DNA of 64,000 nucleotides from Camelus ferus (lineage: Eukaryota). Made by a program: the position numbers and the translations under genes. Below the pieces are notes generated by a model, which was given only the letters and a program-made list of their open reading frames with translations, was not told where the DNA came from and did no database searches. Below are positions 14,401 through 27,785 of the stretch, in pieces (the first letter of the stretch is position 1; each line of letters begins with the position of its first letter). The DNA lies in NCBI RefSeq assembly GCF_009834535.1, contig NC_045697.1, positions 29,080,001 to 29,144,000 of the forward strand, in the 5' to 3' direction.

Positions 14401-15865
14401 CTTTCTTTGTGCAAGTAAGTGTTTCGTGGTTAAAGGGAGGCCCCCCTGGAACTATTACAGGCACCATTTTTAAAGCCACAGGACATTCTGCAAGTCGATG
14501 CTCCTGTTCTGAGGATCTTCTAGATGTATTGCCATTATTTCACATAAAAGTATGGCCATGGCGTGATGCATCAGCCAGCAGGCTGGTATTAAATGAGAAC
14601 ACGTAATCTCGAAGGTTCCTCACTGCGTTCATCCTTTAGGTGGGAGACAGAGCGACAGAGGCACACAAGATGGCAGCTGGGTCAGGGTGGCCCTTCCCCA
14701 CTCAAGCCATTTTTCTGTGACAGATGCTGCTTTCATACTAGTGGGGAGGCATGAAATTAGTGGCACAAAATGAGAGACAGAATAAAAAATGGAAACATAG
14801 TCTTGAAAATATATCACAGGACAAGATGTCTAGGGAAAAACTTCAGGAAGTTTCTCATTTAGCAGAAAGCATCCAGCTGGGAGGGTGACAGAAACTCTGT
14901 GACTTGTTGTCCAGAGGCCTGGGGTCTTGTGAATATTCTTAATGAGCAATGCTTCCTACCAGCTGGAAACCAGTTCCTTGACTGACATCTGGAAATCAGT
15001 CACGGAAATCAGGGGAGGCCCCAAAGAAATGACGCTCTGAGAAAATATGCCCTGTACGTAGTCATTGACTTTTTCCTTTTCTTTGTTATGGGGATGGAGC
15101 TGACCCTAGATATTCTGGGAATAAGTCAGCCTGAAGTCCTTAGCATCCTGCCCTAGGGATTCGGATCTGAGAAAAAGAAGCCTTTCCCTCCACTCTGTGT
15201 CCAAAATACTGAATCCTTGTCCGGATATGTGCCCAAGTTAAGGACATTAGGACAACTCAAAATATTAGGCAGGGCTAAGAGCATTAATAGGGTGCCCCCT
15301 GCCTTCAACCTATCCCTCCGTCCCCTCCAGCCCAGAGATACAAACTTTGACATCATCTACCCATCTCTCTCTCTCTCTCTCTCTTGCTCACTCACTTTTT
15401 TATAATCATTCACTGGGCCTAGTCAGAAGAAAAAGACTTTTCCTCATTCAGCCAGAATCCAGAGGGGAATTTTTTTTCTGAAAGTGAACAACCATCTTCC
15501 CTACTCTGCCATCACCTATTTTGGGGGTAGAATCCCAGATGCTGGGTCCCTGAGCAAATGGGGACATGTCTGTCTTGACCTCAGCCCAAGAGCACACTTA
15601 TCCCTGTCCAGGCAGCATTTCAAGGGCAATTGTTTTCAATACACCCAAGTCCTAGGCCTAGCACCCTGCCCCCTCTTCTAAACCTGTGGTTAGGGAAACA
15701 CCCCAGGTTGTTCCTTGTCCCAGAGCCTTGGGACTCTGTTCAAGGGGAGGGGTGAACAAGCCTTCTCAGCTATCAAAGGTCTTTGCTATCTGAGCATTGT
15801 AACAGCAACACCAAATGGTCTAATCTTTTGCTTTAGATAGTCAGGGCCAGAGCTAAGGCAAAGAA

Positions 15866-15953
15866 CTTTTTTTTAATGGAGGCACTGGGGTTTGAACCCA
15901 GGACCTCGTGCATGCTAAGCATGCACTCTACCACTGACTTATACCCTCTGCCC
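15866..15953 (-). mobile_element. tRNA-derived SINE (vic-1-like, short form)
   Basis: Same head sequence; exact TSD aaggcaaagaa at 15855-15865 and 15954-15964. Confidence 0.88.
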
Positions 15954-17509
15954 AAGGCAAAGAATCTTGTTTGTCGGGGAATAAAAGAATGCTGGAACCA
16001 GAGATACCTCTGAGGTCATCTGGCCCACAAGATACAAATGAGGAAACTAAGAGCCAGAAAAATGAAGTAGCTTACCCAAGGTCACACAGGCAGTAGTAGT
16101 AACACCAGCTGCTCCAATTTATTGAGCACTTACTACATTAGCTACCATAATATAAAGCATACTATTTGCTTTATGTCTCCCGACAACAAGCTTACCAGGT
16201 AGGTACTATTATTTCAGATTTACGGAAAGGATATGGAAGCCTAAGGAAGACAGGCGATTTGCCCAGGCACCCCCAGCTGAGTACAAAGTCAGGTTTCCAG
16301 CACCCTGTTGGCGTGACTCTGGTGTAAGACTTTGTTTTGGTAGGGCGGTCAGGACACTGGATTTTCCATACCTAAAACTTGATCAGGTTGCAAACTGCTG
16401 TTTTGTAAGTGACCAGTGTAGCAGGCTGCAGAAAAATACCTGGCCTCCCCAGGGCGAAAGGATTATACCCCTGAGCTCATCTTTCCACAGGCCTCTCCAA
16501 AGAGGCTGCGAAATGTTGACAAATGAGCTGAAGGTAGATCAAGTGCCAGCCACTGTGCATTTACTTCCTGATTAAGTGTATCCCTGGCATTTGCAGTTGA
16601 GAATACAGAAGAGCAAAGAGGATGTTAGCTTTCTCACAGGGTGGTGTGAACCGGTCTCCAGGCAGGTCTGGGGGGTTGGGGGGTGGGGAGCAGGACTGGT
16701 TTTGTGCTTCTTCTTGGCCCTTCCCTCTCACTGCAACCTCTTATCTTTTCCTTCCTTCATGTCTCAACAGCCCCCTGCAAGCCCTACTCCAGGTCAGGAA
16801 CTTTGCCCCAGTCCTCCACCCTTCTCCTGCACAACAACATACCTCCGCATGTGACATCTCTCCTGCTCTTGGCAGCCCCAGGCTGACTGATAAGCTGACC
16901 CCTGAGATGTGCTCAGGGCAAACCCTCCCTCCCTTTAGGTAACACGTTTGAAATGTAAAGAGATCTGTCAAGTTTCTGAGCAGTCTGTGGAGCCAGGAAG
17001 ACCAGGACACGCTATCACAGTCTGATTCGCCAATTCCTAGGGTTGCCATGAGCCTGTTCTCAGCTTCCCCTCCGCCCAAACTTCCGGGGGTGAGATTTCC
17101 AAGTCTCTGCCCATGCAAAGTGTATAATAAGTGAAACTTATTTGCATCTGTGTCCTCACACAAAGGCTATACCTGACGTGGGACTTGGTAACTCCCAATC
17201 GTACCCCAGGTAACTCTCAATTGTCTTTTCATGTGTAAAAAAAGAAGTTATGCTTAAAGCTATGGAAAATAATATTAAACTAGGATTTTTGAATACGTCT
17301 TATGGCTCAGATTCTATGTATTTACCTTGAGTCTTTATAACAACCTGGAGAGATAAATATTATCATCCTATTTCATTAGTGAAGAAACTGAGATTTAGTG
17401 ACTTGCCCAGATTCTCTTAAGGAGAAAGTCTGAGCAAGATCTGTCTGACCTCATGGCCCTTGCTCTTGTGTTTCTGCAAAGACATGGGTCCCTTAGCTCA
17501 GTGTCCCTG

Positions 17510-17904
17510 CAGCCCAGGCTGAAGCTGACTTGTGAGAGTTGACTATTTAATTTTCAGGGATTTTATGAGCCACCTGTTAAACATAGCTGTTATTAAAAAA
17601 CAAATTTTATAAACTTATAAGAAAATAAATTTTATTAAAAAACAAAGGCAATAAATATGCAAAACTTGCCATTACTATCTTTGCTGTTAAGGTTATTTAC
17701 GCCTATTTCATGTGCACGGTGGGAATGCTGAATAGTGCTGGACTATCGCACCCTCTTCCCACCTCTGTGTTCTGTGAGAGCACCTCGGTGTCTTGAAATT
17801 AGCTGTGGTGGGACTGTTTACACCATGGAAATCTGCAAAGGCTCCGAATCAGGGCTTGGGCTTTCTGGAGAGCCGGTTGTTAAACACTTACTAGCAAGCC
17901 ACTG
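17510..17904. mobile_element. MER63-like hAT-Blackjack element
   Basis: gtgagag...aattttcaggga...ttgttaaac, and terminal gagccggttgttaaacacttactagcaagccactg. Confidence 0.7.
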
Positions 17905-18389
17905 CCCTAGCTCATTACCTCCTCATCCCAGACAACAAACCTTGGGGCTAAAAGAACATAGAATCTAACTTAGAGGTCTCCAGACTTATTTTATATTAAG
18001 CAAAGCTATTTTGTCAAATACCAGGCAGAAGCAGGTACCTGAAATAGGGGAGAGCAAAGCTGAACTAGTTGTTATTTCAAGCTTTTAAGCTTTGTGCTGG
18101 ACTTTTACCTATTACAAAGCAGTAAATAATGAAACACGTAATTGTTCTCCCAGTTCTCTGATCATGGCTTCTCAGACCCCTATATGGGTGACTCTTCTCC
18201 TAACTGCCCCCCGTCACTGGTAGTCACCAAAGTCCCATTCTTGACCTTTCTTTGTCAGTGTGCACACTCTTTCTGTCTGATCTTCACTGTCCTCAGCTAC
18301 CAGATGGATGTGTAATGAGTGTTGGTTTCCGAAAGGGAATAAACAGAATCTCTTTTTCCCTTCCTTGTCATAAATAAACTAAGAAATAA

Positions 18390-18569
18390 AACATGGAGTT
18401 AAAATGGATACTAAAAATAGGCAACAAAGATATATATTGTATAGCATGGGGAACTACAGCCATTATCTTGTAATAACTTTTCATGGAGTGTAACTGTAAA
18501 GAGGACTGAATCACTATGCTGTACACCTGAAACGAATGTAATATTGTAAATCAACTATACTTCAATAAG
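18390..18569 (+). mobile_element. LINE-1 3' end fragment
   Basis: tgtatagcatggggaact...tgaatcactatgctgtacacctgaaac...aatcaactatacttcaataa. Confidence 0.75.
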
Positions 18570-18589
18570 AACTGGATTCCAACAACATA

Positions 18590-20635
18590 CAGAAACTAAA
18601 TGTATTTCAACAAACTAGCCACGAATAATCCAAAAAGGAAATAATTCCATTTACAATAGCATCAAAAAGAATGAACTAATGAGGACTAAGTTTAACTAAG
18701 ACTTGTACACTGAAAACAATAAAACATTGCTGAAATAAAGAAGATCTAAATAAATGGAAGGACACCCTGTGATCATGAATTGGGAGACTTAATTTTGTTA
18801 AAATGGCAATTTTGTTAAGATCCGCAAAGTGACCTACAGATCCAGTGCAATTCTTACCAAAATCCTAAAACCTTTTTTTTTTTTTTTGCAGAAATGGAAA
18901 AGCTGACCTTAAAATTCATATGAACTTGCAAGGGACTCCAAACAGTCAAAACGATCTTGAAAAAAAAGAACAAAGCTGAAATACTCACTCTTTCCAATTT
19001 CAAAACTTACTACAAGACTAAGGTAATCAAGACAGTGTGGTACTGACATAGGGATAGACGTAGATCAATGGACTAGAACTGAGAGTTTAGAAACAAACCC
19101 ACACGTCTACAGTGAATTGGTTTTTGACAAGAGAGCCAAGATAATTCAATAGGGAAAGAATAGTTTTTGCAACAAATTGTGTTTGTACAGCAAAATATCC
19201 AAAGAATGAAGCTGTCCCCCTCCATCACACCATAGGCAAAAATTAACTCAAAATGGATCAAAGACTTAAATGTAAGAACCAAACTGGAAAACCCTTAGGA
19301 AAAAAAATAGGGGAAAATCTTCATGACTTTGGATTCGGCAATGGATAATCTTAGATAAGACACCAAAAGCATAAGCAACAACAACAACAAAAAACACCCA
19401 GATAAATTTGACTTCATCAAAATTAAAAACTTTTGTCATCAAAGGACACTATCAAGAATTTGAAGAATATGAAAACGAATATATGCCTGTATATGCATAA
19501 CTGGGACAATTCTGTAAACCAGAAATGGACACACTGTAACTGATAGTACTTCAATAAAAACAAACAAAACAAACAAATAAACAAAAGAATCTGAAAAGGC
19601 AACCCTGTAATGGGAGTAAATATTTGCAAATCATGTATCTGACATGGGTTTGGTATCCAGGATATGTAAAGAACTTTTACAACTTAACAACAAAAGGCAA
19701 ATCAATTAAAAATGGGCAAAGTCTTGAATAGATATTTTCCCAAAGAATACATATAAATGGCCAATAAGCACATAAAAACATTCTTAACATCATTAGTCAA
19801 TAGGGAAACGCAAATCAAAACCACAATGAGATACCCCTTTACACCCACTAAGATGTCTATAACAAGAAAGAAAGAGAGAATGAAAGAAAAGAAAGAGAGG
19901 AGGGGAGGGAGAAAAAAAGAAAGAGAAAAAAGGAAAAAAAACCCCACAAGAATGGCAAGAATATGGAGAAATTGGAACACTCATATGTTGCTGGTGGGAA
20001 TGTAAAATGGTGTCGCTGCTGTGCAAAACAGTTTGGCAGTTCCTCAAAAGTTGAACATAGAATTACCATATGACCCAGCCATTGCTCTCCTAGGTAGGAA
20101 CATACCCAAAAGAAATAAAAACAGGTGTTGAAACAAAAACTTGCATATGAATATTCCTAGCAGCATTACTCAAAATACTGCAAAAGTAAAAACAACACAA
20201 GTGTCCATCCACTGTTTAATGGGTTGATAAAATGTGGTATGTTCATACAATGACATTAAAAAGAAACGAAGTACTAATATGTGCAATAACATCAATGAAT
20301 TTTGAAAATAAGCTAAGAGAAAAAAAGCCAGTCATAAATGTCCACGTGTTATGTGATTACATTTATAGGAAATGTCTAGAATAGGCAAGTCCATAGAGAT
20401 AGGAGGCAGATCAATGGTTGCCAGGCACTGGAGTGAGAAGATGGAGAGTGCAAAATGGGTAAGGTTTTTTGTGGTTTTTTTTGCAGTGGCAGCGGTGATG
20501 ATGAAAATGATGCTCTGAAATTATATAGTGGTGACAGTTACACAACACTGTGAAGGCAATAAAAGCCATGGAATAGTATACTTCAAAATAAAATGGTGAA
20601 TATTATGTTAATTTTACCATCAACTTAAAAATGGA
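18590..20635 (+). mobile_element. Old LINE-1 (L1MB-like): degenerate ORF2 C-terminal part plus 3'UTR
   Basis: ORF2 motifs (aaaattaactcaaaatggatcaaagacttaaatgtaaga; caaatcaaaaccacaatgagatac); remnant peptide MANKHIK...QIKTTMRY. Confidence 0.9.
19465..19584 (+). mobile_element. Younger L1 3'-end fragment nested in the old L1
   Basis: gaatatgaaaacgaatat...ctgggaca...ccagaaatggacacactgtaactga...cttcaataaa plus A-rich tail; TSD aagaat(t/c)tgaa at 19454-19464 and 19585-19595. Confidence 0.8.
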
Positions 20636-21439
20636 GGTGAAAGCATCATGTTTATTAGTGTTGGAGGATGTTGGAAAACTTGACATGAAGTCCATGTGGA
20701 TTTGCTAATTGAGCCCTCAAATTAGGCAGACTTACTGCATGAGGTCAAGGCAGCACTGTGTCTGGGAGGATTTAGAAGAGGGAAGAACAGAGGGAAACTT
20801 GTCTACTGTTAGGCTCCCACCTGTGAGGAAGAGGAAATTGGGTAGCCACAAATGCCCAGTTATCCCCAAATTTATCAATCAAGTATGAAGCTACCTCTCC
20901 AGGAGTGAAAAGAAACCAGGAGCAGAGAGAGGCCAGGTGTATTGTTTACTGAACTCACTACACATAAAAGGAAGCGTCAGGAGAAGGGGTGGCATCTTCC
21001 TCATTAGTAATATGCACTCAGATGTAGAAAATAGTTTTCTTTGTTTTATATCACAGTTTGTAACATTGTTTTCCTGGGTAGCCGGTAAAGCAGCAGTTCT
21101 TGGTCTTGCAGTTAAAGGGATCTCAGGCTCTTTTGGTGTACAGTAATCTCTTTTTGCTTAAAAACTCTTTTAAGCAAGTATTCAATCAATTTAAAGTTCA
21201 CCTCTCTGCCAGAGCGCTTTCTCCCCTCTAGCTCCTTTTCCTTCAAAATGGCGCTGTGGAGCTTTTCCTGGAGAGGGGAGACTTACCCAACCTCTCTGTG
21301 CCTCAGGTTCCTTGTCTGTTAAATGGGGATAAAAATGATAGCATCTCATGGAGTTGTTAAGAGGATTAAGTGGGTCAGTTCACAGAAAGTGCCCAGGACA
21401 GTGCTATATGATGCTAGTGCTCTGAAACTGCATCACTAT

Positions 21440-21819
21440 CCACCCAGTTACCCAGGGCAGATACTGGGAGTTAGTCATTTCCCTCTGCCCCATCACTAAC
21501 TAGTCAGCAGCATTTATTGACTTTATTTAACACCCCTTGAGTCCATTCCATCTCTAACCCTTTTGTTAGTGCCTTCATCCAGCCCACTATCATCTCTCCT
21601 CTGTTTCCGGCAACAGCCTCCTAACTGGCCTCCCTTCCTTTCATCCTTCCCTTCCAGCCTATTCTCCACGCTCTGGATGGAACATTGTCTCTAACATGTG
21701 ATTCTGATCTAGTCACTCCCCTGATGAAAATCAATTACAGGCTCCCCACTGTGGTCAGGATGGAAGCTCACACCTGAATGGCCAATTCTGTACTGCATGC
21801 ATACCCTTCATCACACACA

Positions 21820-21870
<51 letters not shown>

Positions 21871-22243
21871 CTGCCTCTTTCCTCACCTTCAGATCACTAG
21901 CCTCATCTCTCATTTTAGGCTTTACTTCTTTTGTGCCATTTACAGAACCATCGCTCCCTTTGTCAGGATTACTTCCACCTCTTCTCAGTCTTCAGAACCC
22001 AGCATTGATCTCCCCTCTCCAGGAAAAGCTCCATAACCCTGAGCCTGGGTTAAGTGCCCCTCCTCTGTCCTCTCCAAGCACTGGAATTTATCTCTGTCCT
22101 AACACTTCTCTCGCTAATTTATAATTACCTCCTAACTGTTCTGTTTTTTCACTTAGACCAACATTTTCTGGGACTGGAGTCTCTACCCTGAATGCCTAAC
22201 ACAATGCTTAGTATATCGTAGGTGCTCAATAGATGAATGAGTG
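21440..22243 (+). mobile_element. L2 LINE 3' fragment containing a (CA)n
   Basis: caacagcctcctaactggcctccc...; terminal gtaggtgctcaatagatgaatgagtg. Confidence 0.7.
21811..21869. repeat. (CA)n microsatellite
   Basis: Near-perfect caca run of about 29 units. Confidence 0.95.
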
Positions 22244-22312
22244 GAAGTTTGTTGGGTGGATCCTACTAGAGGGAAGGAAACTTCCTGAAGAAACTGCAGA
22301 TAGTTTGGAATG

Positions 22313-22613
22313 CAGGCACACCTCAGAGACATCATGGGTTCAGTTCCAGACTGCCACTGGAAAGCAGATATCGCCATAAAATGAGTCACATACGTGTTGT
22401 TTTACAATGCACATAAGAGTTATGTTTATACTATACTGTAGTCTATTAAGTCTGCAGTAGCATTAAGTCTAAAAAACAGTCTACATACCTTAATTTAAAA
22501 ATAATGCTGTTGGGAAAATGGTGCTGATAGACTTGCTCAATCCTGGGTCGCCATAAACCTTCAATTTGTAAAAACTCACCACCTGCGAAGCATAATAAAA
22601 CGAGGTCGGCCTG
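22313..22613. mobile_element. Internally deleted Tigger1-family (TcMar) element
   Basis: TIRs caggcacacctc / gaggtcggcctg with TA on the right; Tigger1 end motif gggttcagttccagac and aataaaacgagg. Confidence 0.82.
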
Positions 22614-22805
22614 TAATTGGAGAGAAAGGTAACCAGGAGAAGGAAACGTAGTCAAAATCTTCGGTAACTAGCACCAGCACTGGCTCTGGTTCATCGCAGG
22701 GACCCGGTGGAGCACACTGCCTGAATATCAGTTCTGCCTGTGTGCAACCGGCAGGATATCACGTGAGAGCGACGCACAGGGGCCTGAGTATAAAGGACCT
22801 GGTGT

Positions 22806-22942
22806 TTTGGGTTTTTTTTATAGAAGGGGTGATTTTAGGTTTCCTTATTTGTTTTTATTTTTAAAACAGAAGTACTGGGAATTGAACCCAGGACATTGTG
22901 CCTGCTAGGCATGCAATCTACCACTGAGCTACACCCTTCCGC
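22806..22942 (-). mobile_element. tRNA-derived SINE (vic-1-like)
   Basis: Head reads GGAAGGGTGTAGCTCAGTGGTAGATTGCATGCCTAGCAGGCACAATGTCCTGGGTTCAATTCCC; TSD aaggacctggtgt at 22793-22805 and 22943-22955. Confidence 0.88.
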
Positions 22943-25039
22943 AAGGACCTGGTGTGTTTTAAGATAGTGTCTGAACTTTACATTGTCAGCAGTGGGATGC
23001 CCCTGAAGGTACTTGATGTGAGTGACGTTCAGATTTGATTTTAGGAAGACCACTCTGGCTATAATGTGGTGGACAAAGGGAAGGGGAGCAGGAAGGGAGG
23101 CAGGGAGACCCCTGCGGAGGCTGCCAGCACCCACGCGCTGGTTTGCCACGGGGTCCTAGATGCTGCTGGTGCTCCAGGAGGGAGTAGGGGTACTGTCTCT
23201 ACTCTCTGGATCCTCAAAATGCAAGGGGCCAGGCACTCCTCAAGTGACTGTCCCCCGGTGGGGCTAACTTTGGCGGAAACGGTGGTACAGAAACAGGATA
23301 CTACGGGGAGCATGCTGAAAAGCGGAAGCAAAGCCTTCAGTGGTGAACCTCCCTTCCATCTCTGGGGTATCCATCTCTATTCAGGGCACAGTGTTTAAAT
23401 CAAGGTGTCAAGCTATTGTGGCACGTTTTTAAAAACTTCAAATTCCAAGGGCTTTATTTCTAGTTCTATTTGAATGGACATATTTAACATCTGGGTGAAA
23501 AGACTATCCTGTAAGAGATGTACAGAAATCTCTTTAACCCAAGAAGCAGGGTTTCTGCCGAGCCCCCCAAGTCATCTTACAGACTCCCACAGAACCACAG
23601 AGCTCTTCTTCCATTATTTGTGTCAGAGTCAAAGCTGTCATGAGTTCTATTTAGGTCCCAGACGGGCCAGTGGTACCATCAGCGGTTGAATCTATAAGGT
23701 CATATTTAAGCGCTCACTTCTGGAGTCAGGCCAAGAGGGTGAATGCTGGCTCTTCCGCCTCCACAGCTGTAAGAGCTCGGCAGTCAGATAACCTCTCTCG
23801 GACCCTCAGCTTCTTCATTTATAAAATGGAAGTTAAAATAATAGTAACTGCCTCATTGAGTGACTGGGAGGATTTAATGAGGTCCTGCATTTACAGTCTT
23901 TGGCAAAGGGTAAAATGTCACACTATGTTATTTAATTTAGAGTATCAGTGTGATCTTGGGTAAGTCATTTATCCTCTTTAAGCCTCGATTGCTTCCTTGA
24001 TAAAATGGAGATAAGGCTCACCATTGTATCTTTGGACCCCACCACAAAGCCTGGCACACAGTAGATGCTCAAAAAAAGAAAACATTTGTTGAATGAACAA
24101 ACGAATGAATGAGGAGGAGCAGAGGAAGAAGACGTCTTCTGTAACTGTCTTACGGACTGTTGTGAGCTCAGGTGACCTAGATAGGGCTGAGGAAAGCCTT
24201 CTGTGGACAATGAGATGCAATTCAAAAATAAGCTAATAACACAAGTGGTGTTTTAGAATCAAGAAAGTTCTCTGACTGAAGTGTCTTTCTGGGATTTTAC
24301 TGTTTGTTTCCCATCTTGGATCCTGCTTCTTAACATCATTCAGTGAACTCTCCAGGGGTCTATTTATTTGGCCCCTAGCAACTCAGAATTCCTTGGCAGA
24401 GCTCCCTAGACTGGGCTGTTTTTGTGGTACAAGGTCATGGGCAGGTAGAGGACCTCCTGACCCTTGAAGCTGTTCTCTTTCTTTGACTGGGTGTGACCTT
24501 AAATTTCAAAATTAGAGCTTTGGTCCACAGTTTATTGAACAAGGGATCTGCCCTTAGTGAAAACACGTAACTCACCTTAGTGTGAATTAGTTCATTCCTT
24601 CCCTCAGTGAGAGTGAAGTTTGACAGTAGGACGTTAACATGCAAGAGATTTGGACGCCACCAGCAAAAAAAGAATGTGGAGAGGTAATCCTACACGGCCT
24701 GGGGACCTCAGAAGGTCTTGTACCCCATGTTCTGCTATGTGTGCTGATTTTTAATCTCTTTTTGATGACCTTTATGGTCAAAGTGATTCTGTTAGATCAG
24801 TGTAACTTCTAGATGAAAGAAAATGACTTTAAGTCCTTACAAAATGGGTGAATTATAATTATCCTTTCCCGCCCCCTCCCCAACCCTGGAGTTAGATAAT
24901 TCAGGTTCAAATTCAGATTCTTTTACTTACCACCCATGTGATCTTGGGGAAGGTGTCGAACCTCCCTCTACCTCTTGGCCTTTTATCTGTAAAATGGGCA
25001 TAATAAATAATAGTAGCTCTCTCAAGTATGAAAAAATAC

Positions 25040-25258
25040 CCATGTAAAACTAATCTATGCTGTTAGAAGTCAGAACGGTGACTTCTTGGTGAGGAGGTAG
25101 TGGCTGGAAAGGGCCATAGGGAAGCTTTTGGCATGTTGGTCATGTTTTCATCTGGATGTGGTTACACGGATGTGCTCAGTTTGCAAAAAGTCATCAAGCT
25201 GTATACGATATATGCATAATTCTGTATCTGTATTATTTTTTAATAAAAAGTTTTTAAA
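25040..25258 (+). mobile_element. Ancient L1 (L1ME/MC-like) 3' end
   Basis: aaactaatctatgctgttagaagtcag...catcaagctgtatac...aataaaaag. Confidence 0.65.
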
Positions 25259-26422
25259 ACTCCATGTAAATGTCCTGACATTTAGTAAGTTACTGGCGGC
25301 CATATTTTATTTCTTGTTGAGTGATCACCCTCTAAGGCTTTTTAACATTATTCCCAAACATAAGGAAAATGACAAACAAGAAACAGAAATACAGGAGACA
25401 GGCCTTGACTGGGCACTCAATGGCTTGGATATTTGTACTTAGGGGTTGGGAAATTATGCTAAATAGGTTATTTTTGTGATTGTCTCATGTTCTGAATGCT
25501 GCCGTCTGTAAATGCTAGAGCACGTGTAGAATTAGTTGCATCTCCAGAATTTCTCCCCTTGGGAGAGCATCTTATTTGGAAAGGGGAGACTAGGAGTCTA
25601 TCAGGAAGTGAGCTTGCATGCCACTTTGTATGACTGAGGATGTGTCCGATGACCATATTTGAATTGGAGTTGGGGGTGAAGCTGGAGAAGCTGATAGAAG
25701 TACCATTCCCTGGTGCCAACACTGTTTGGAATAAAAGTCCTGAAAAAGGAGAGGAAAAATCCCAGCAAAACAGAACTGGCATGAAGGTTATCATGGTACC
25801 ATGAGCTCAAAGTGTCTTGACCCAGCACCCCCAGCAAGGTCATCTCAGGAACAATTGGGCGCCAGCAACTTGTCTTACCCGCCTCAGAATGACTAAGGCC
25901 TATTCAAGCCTCGTGGTTGGTTAATCATTAATGAAGATTTTTGACAAACAAAGCAGAACAAGCCAAGAAGGAAGGGCAGCTAAAAATTAGCTCAGGAAAG
26001 GTCATATTTCTTGCAAATGAAGGGTTTGGTGTTGCTTTTGATTGCGGGTATAATTGTGAAGAATGGAGTGACAGGGAAATATAATCTCATTGAGAAAGCC
26101 AGTGCGTCTCTGGAGATTTTACTTGGGACCCTCCTCCACCCTCACAGTCATCTGGAGGACCACAGGCCTCCATCACCTTTGCCAAGAAGGTTGCTTTCCT
26201 GTAGGGCTTCCTGAGGCAGAGTGGGGACAACCTGCTGGACGCATGTAGCTGCTGTATCACTCCGGAGAGGAAAGGATGGAAGGTCCCAGAGGCTGAAATC
26301 TGGATCTAAAGAACCCAGGGGTGGATAACCCTACGAGACTTGGCTGCCCCTACAAACTGTCCCATGGGAAGATCAGGGTTGGTGGGCATCACCGGAGGTC
26401 AGGAAGAAGGAAGAGAGGGAGT

Positions 26423-26441
26423 TGTCCACTAGGGGGAGTGC
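26423..26441 (+). promoter_or_regulatory. Candidate CTCF site
   Basis: TGTCCACTAGGGGGAGTGC versus core consensus CC(A/G)(C/G)(C/T)AG(A/G)(G/T)GGCR; one tolerated mismatch. Confidence 0.6.
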
Positions 26442-27684
26442 TCAGACGCATCATGCTGTTGACTGCTGGACAATCCCTCAGCCTCCCAGTTTAGATAAAG
26501 GCAGGGTGACGCCATTTCCTGAGAGACACAAAGTCCTAAACTGGAATAATTTAGGGTCCCTCCTACTTCCTTGTTATCGGGACCAAATCTCTTCCTTCTC
26601 CAGTTAACACGGTTAACTATGTCTAGTGTTGAAGGGAACAAAGGTTGTGTTTCTTCACTCCACACCCTTTCTCCAAACTTCTTTCAGGTTCTTGAATAGA
26701 CCATGCTTTTTCTTCTGGGCCTGGGCATTTCCGGTTCCCTCCTCTCCCCGCCCATCTGCCCAAACTCCTACTCACCCTGTCCCTCAGATGCCCAGTCTTT
26801 TTAACCCCTTGCCCAAGCCTGGGTGGGTGCCCCTCCCCTTCACAGCCCTTACAACACTGTCTTATCATGCCAGGGAGTTTCTGGAGGGCAGAGGGGCTCG
26901 ATTTTGTTGATAGTTGTCTCTCCAGTGCCTCATGCTGTGCTGGTACATCGCTGGCATTAGATACATAACTGGACAAAGGAATAAAGGCTGTCAAGTGGGA
27001 AGGCTTAATGAAGCTAACGTGGTGGAATGCATTCACACTACAGTTTATAAAGAGGAAGAGAAAGGAAATAACTGTCTACGACGTCCCAGGCTTTTAAAAG
27101 ATTCATTAACTCATCTCGTTTCCACAATAACCTTAAGTCAGTCAGGATTATTAGCTCTGTTTTACAAATTAAGAAACTGGTGTTCAGAGAGGCAAGACGT
27201 CTTTTCCAAGGTCACATGGGCGGTAAATAGCAAAGCTGGGGGTTCCCCCGCTGGGCAGCCTGACTGCAGACCCAGCCTAGTTCCACTAGGCCACGGTGCT
27301 TGCCTACATTTTGGTGTGAGGAGTTAGGAAACAAAGGAATACTGGGCAGCTAGAGAGGGAAGACCAATGAGGGGAAAGAGAAGAAAAGGCTGTATCCAAC
27401 CTGACAGCTTAGAACTTGGAATTGAGCAAAACACTTGTGAACATTTCCTGAATCTCATTCTACCTTTAAACCTAATCTGCCCTTGACCCTGGACGGTCAG
27501 AGTGATGGGCAGTGTGTTAATAAGTGGGAGGGCAAGGATAAAGTGAGTACATCTGTGCTGTCCTATCCAGTAATTTTTAAGCTGAAGACCTATCTTTTCT
27601 TAGGGTCATTGTATCAAAATGTGATTTCATCAAAACAGCCATGCCAAAATGTCACATTTTGTGTTTTTAAAAAAACCTGAAAAC

Positions 27685-27785
27685 TAATATATGTTCCTAT
27701 ATGACTGAAGTATTGTGCTGTACACCAGAAACTGACACAACATTGTAAACTGACTATACTTCAACAAAAATATATTTTAAAAAAC
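27685..27785 (+). mobile_element. Short L1 3'-end fragment
   Basis: tatgactgaagtattgtgctgtacaccagaaactgacacaacattgtaaactgactatacttcaa. Confidence 0.7.
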
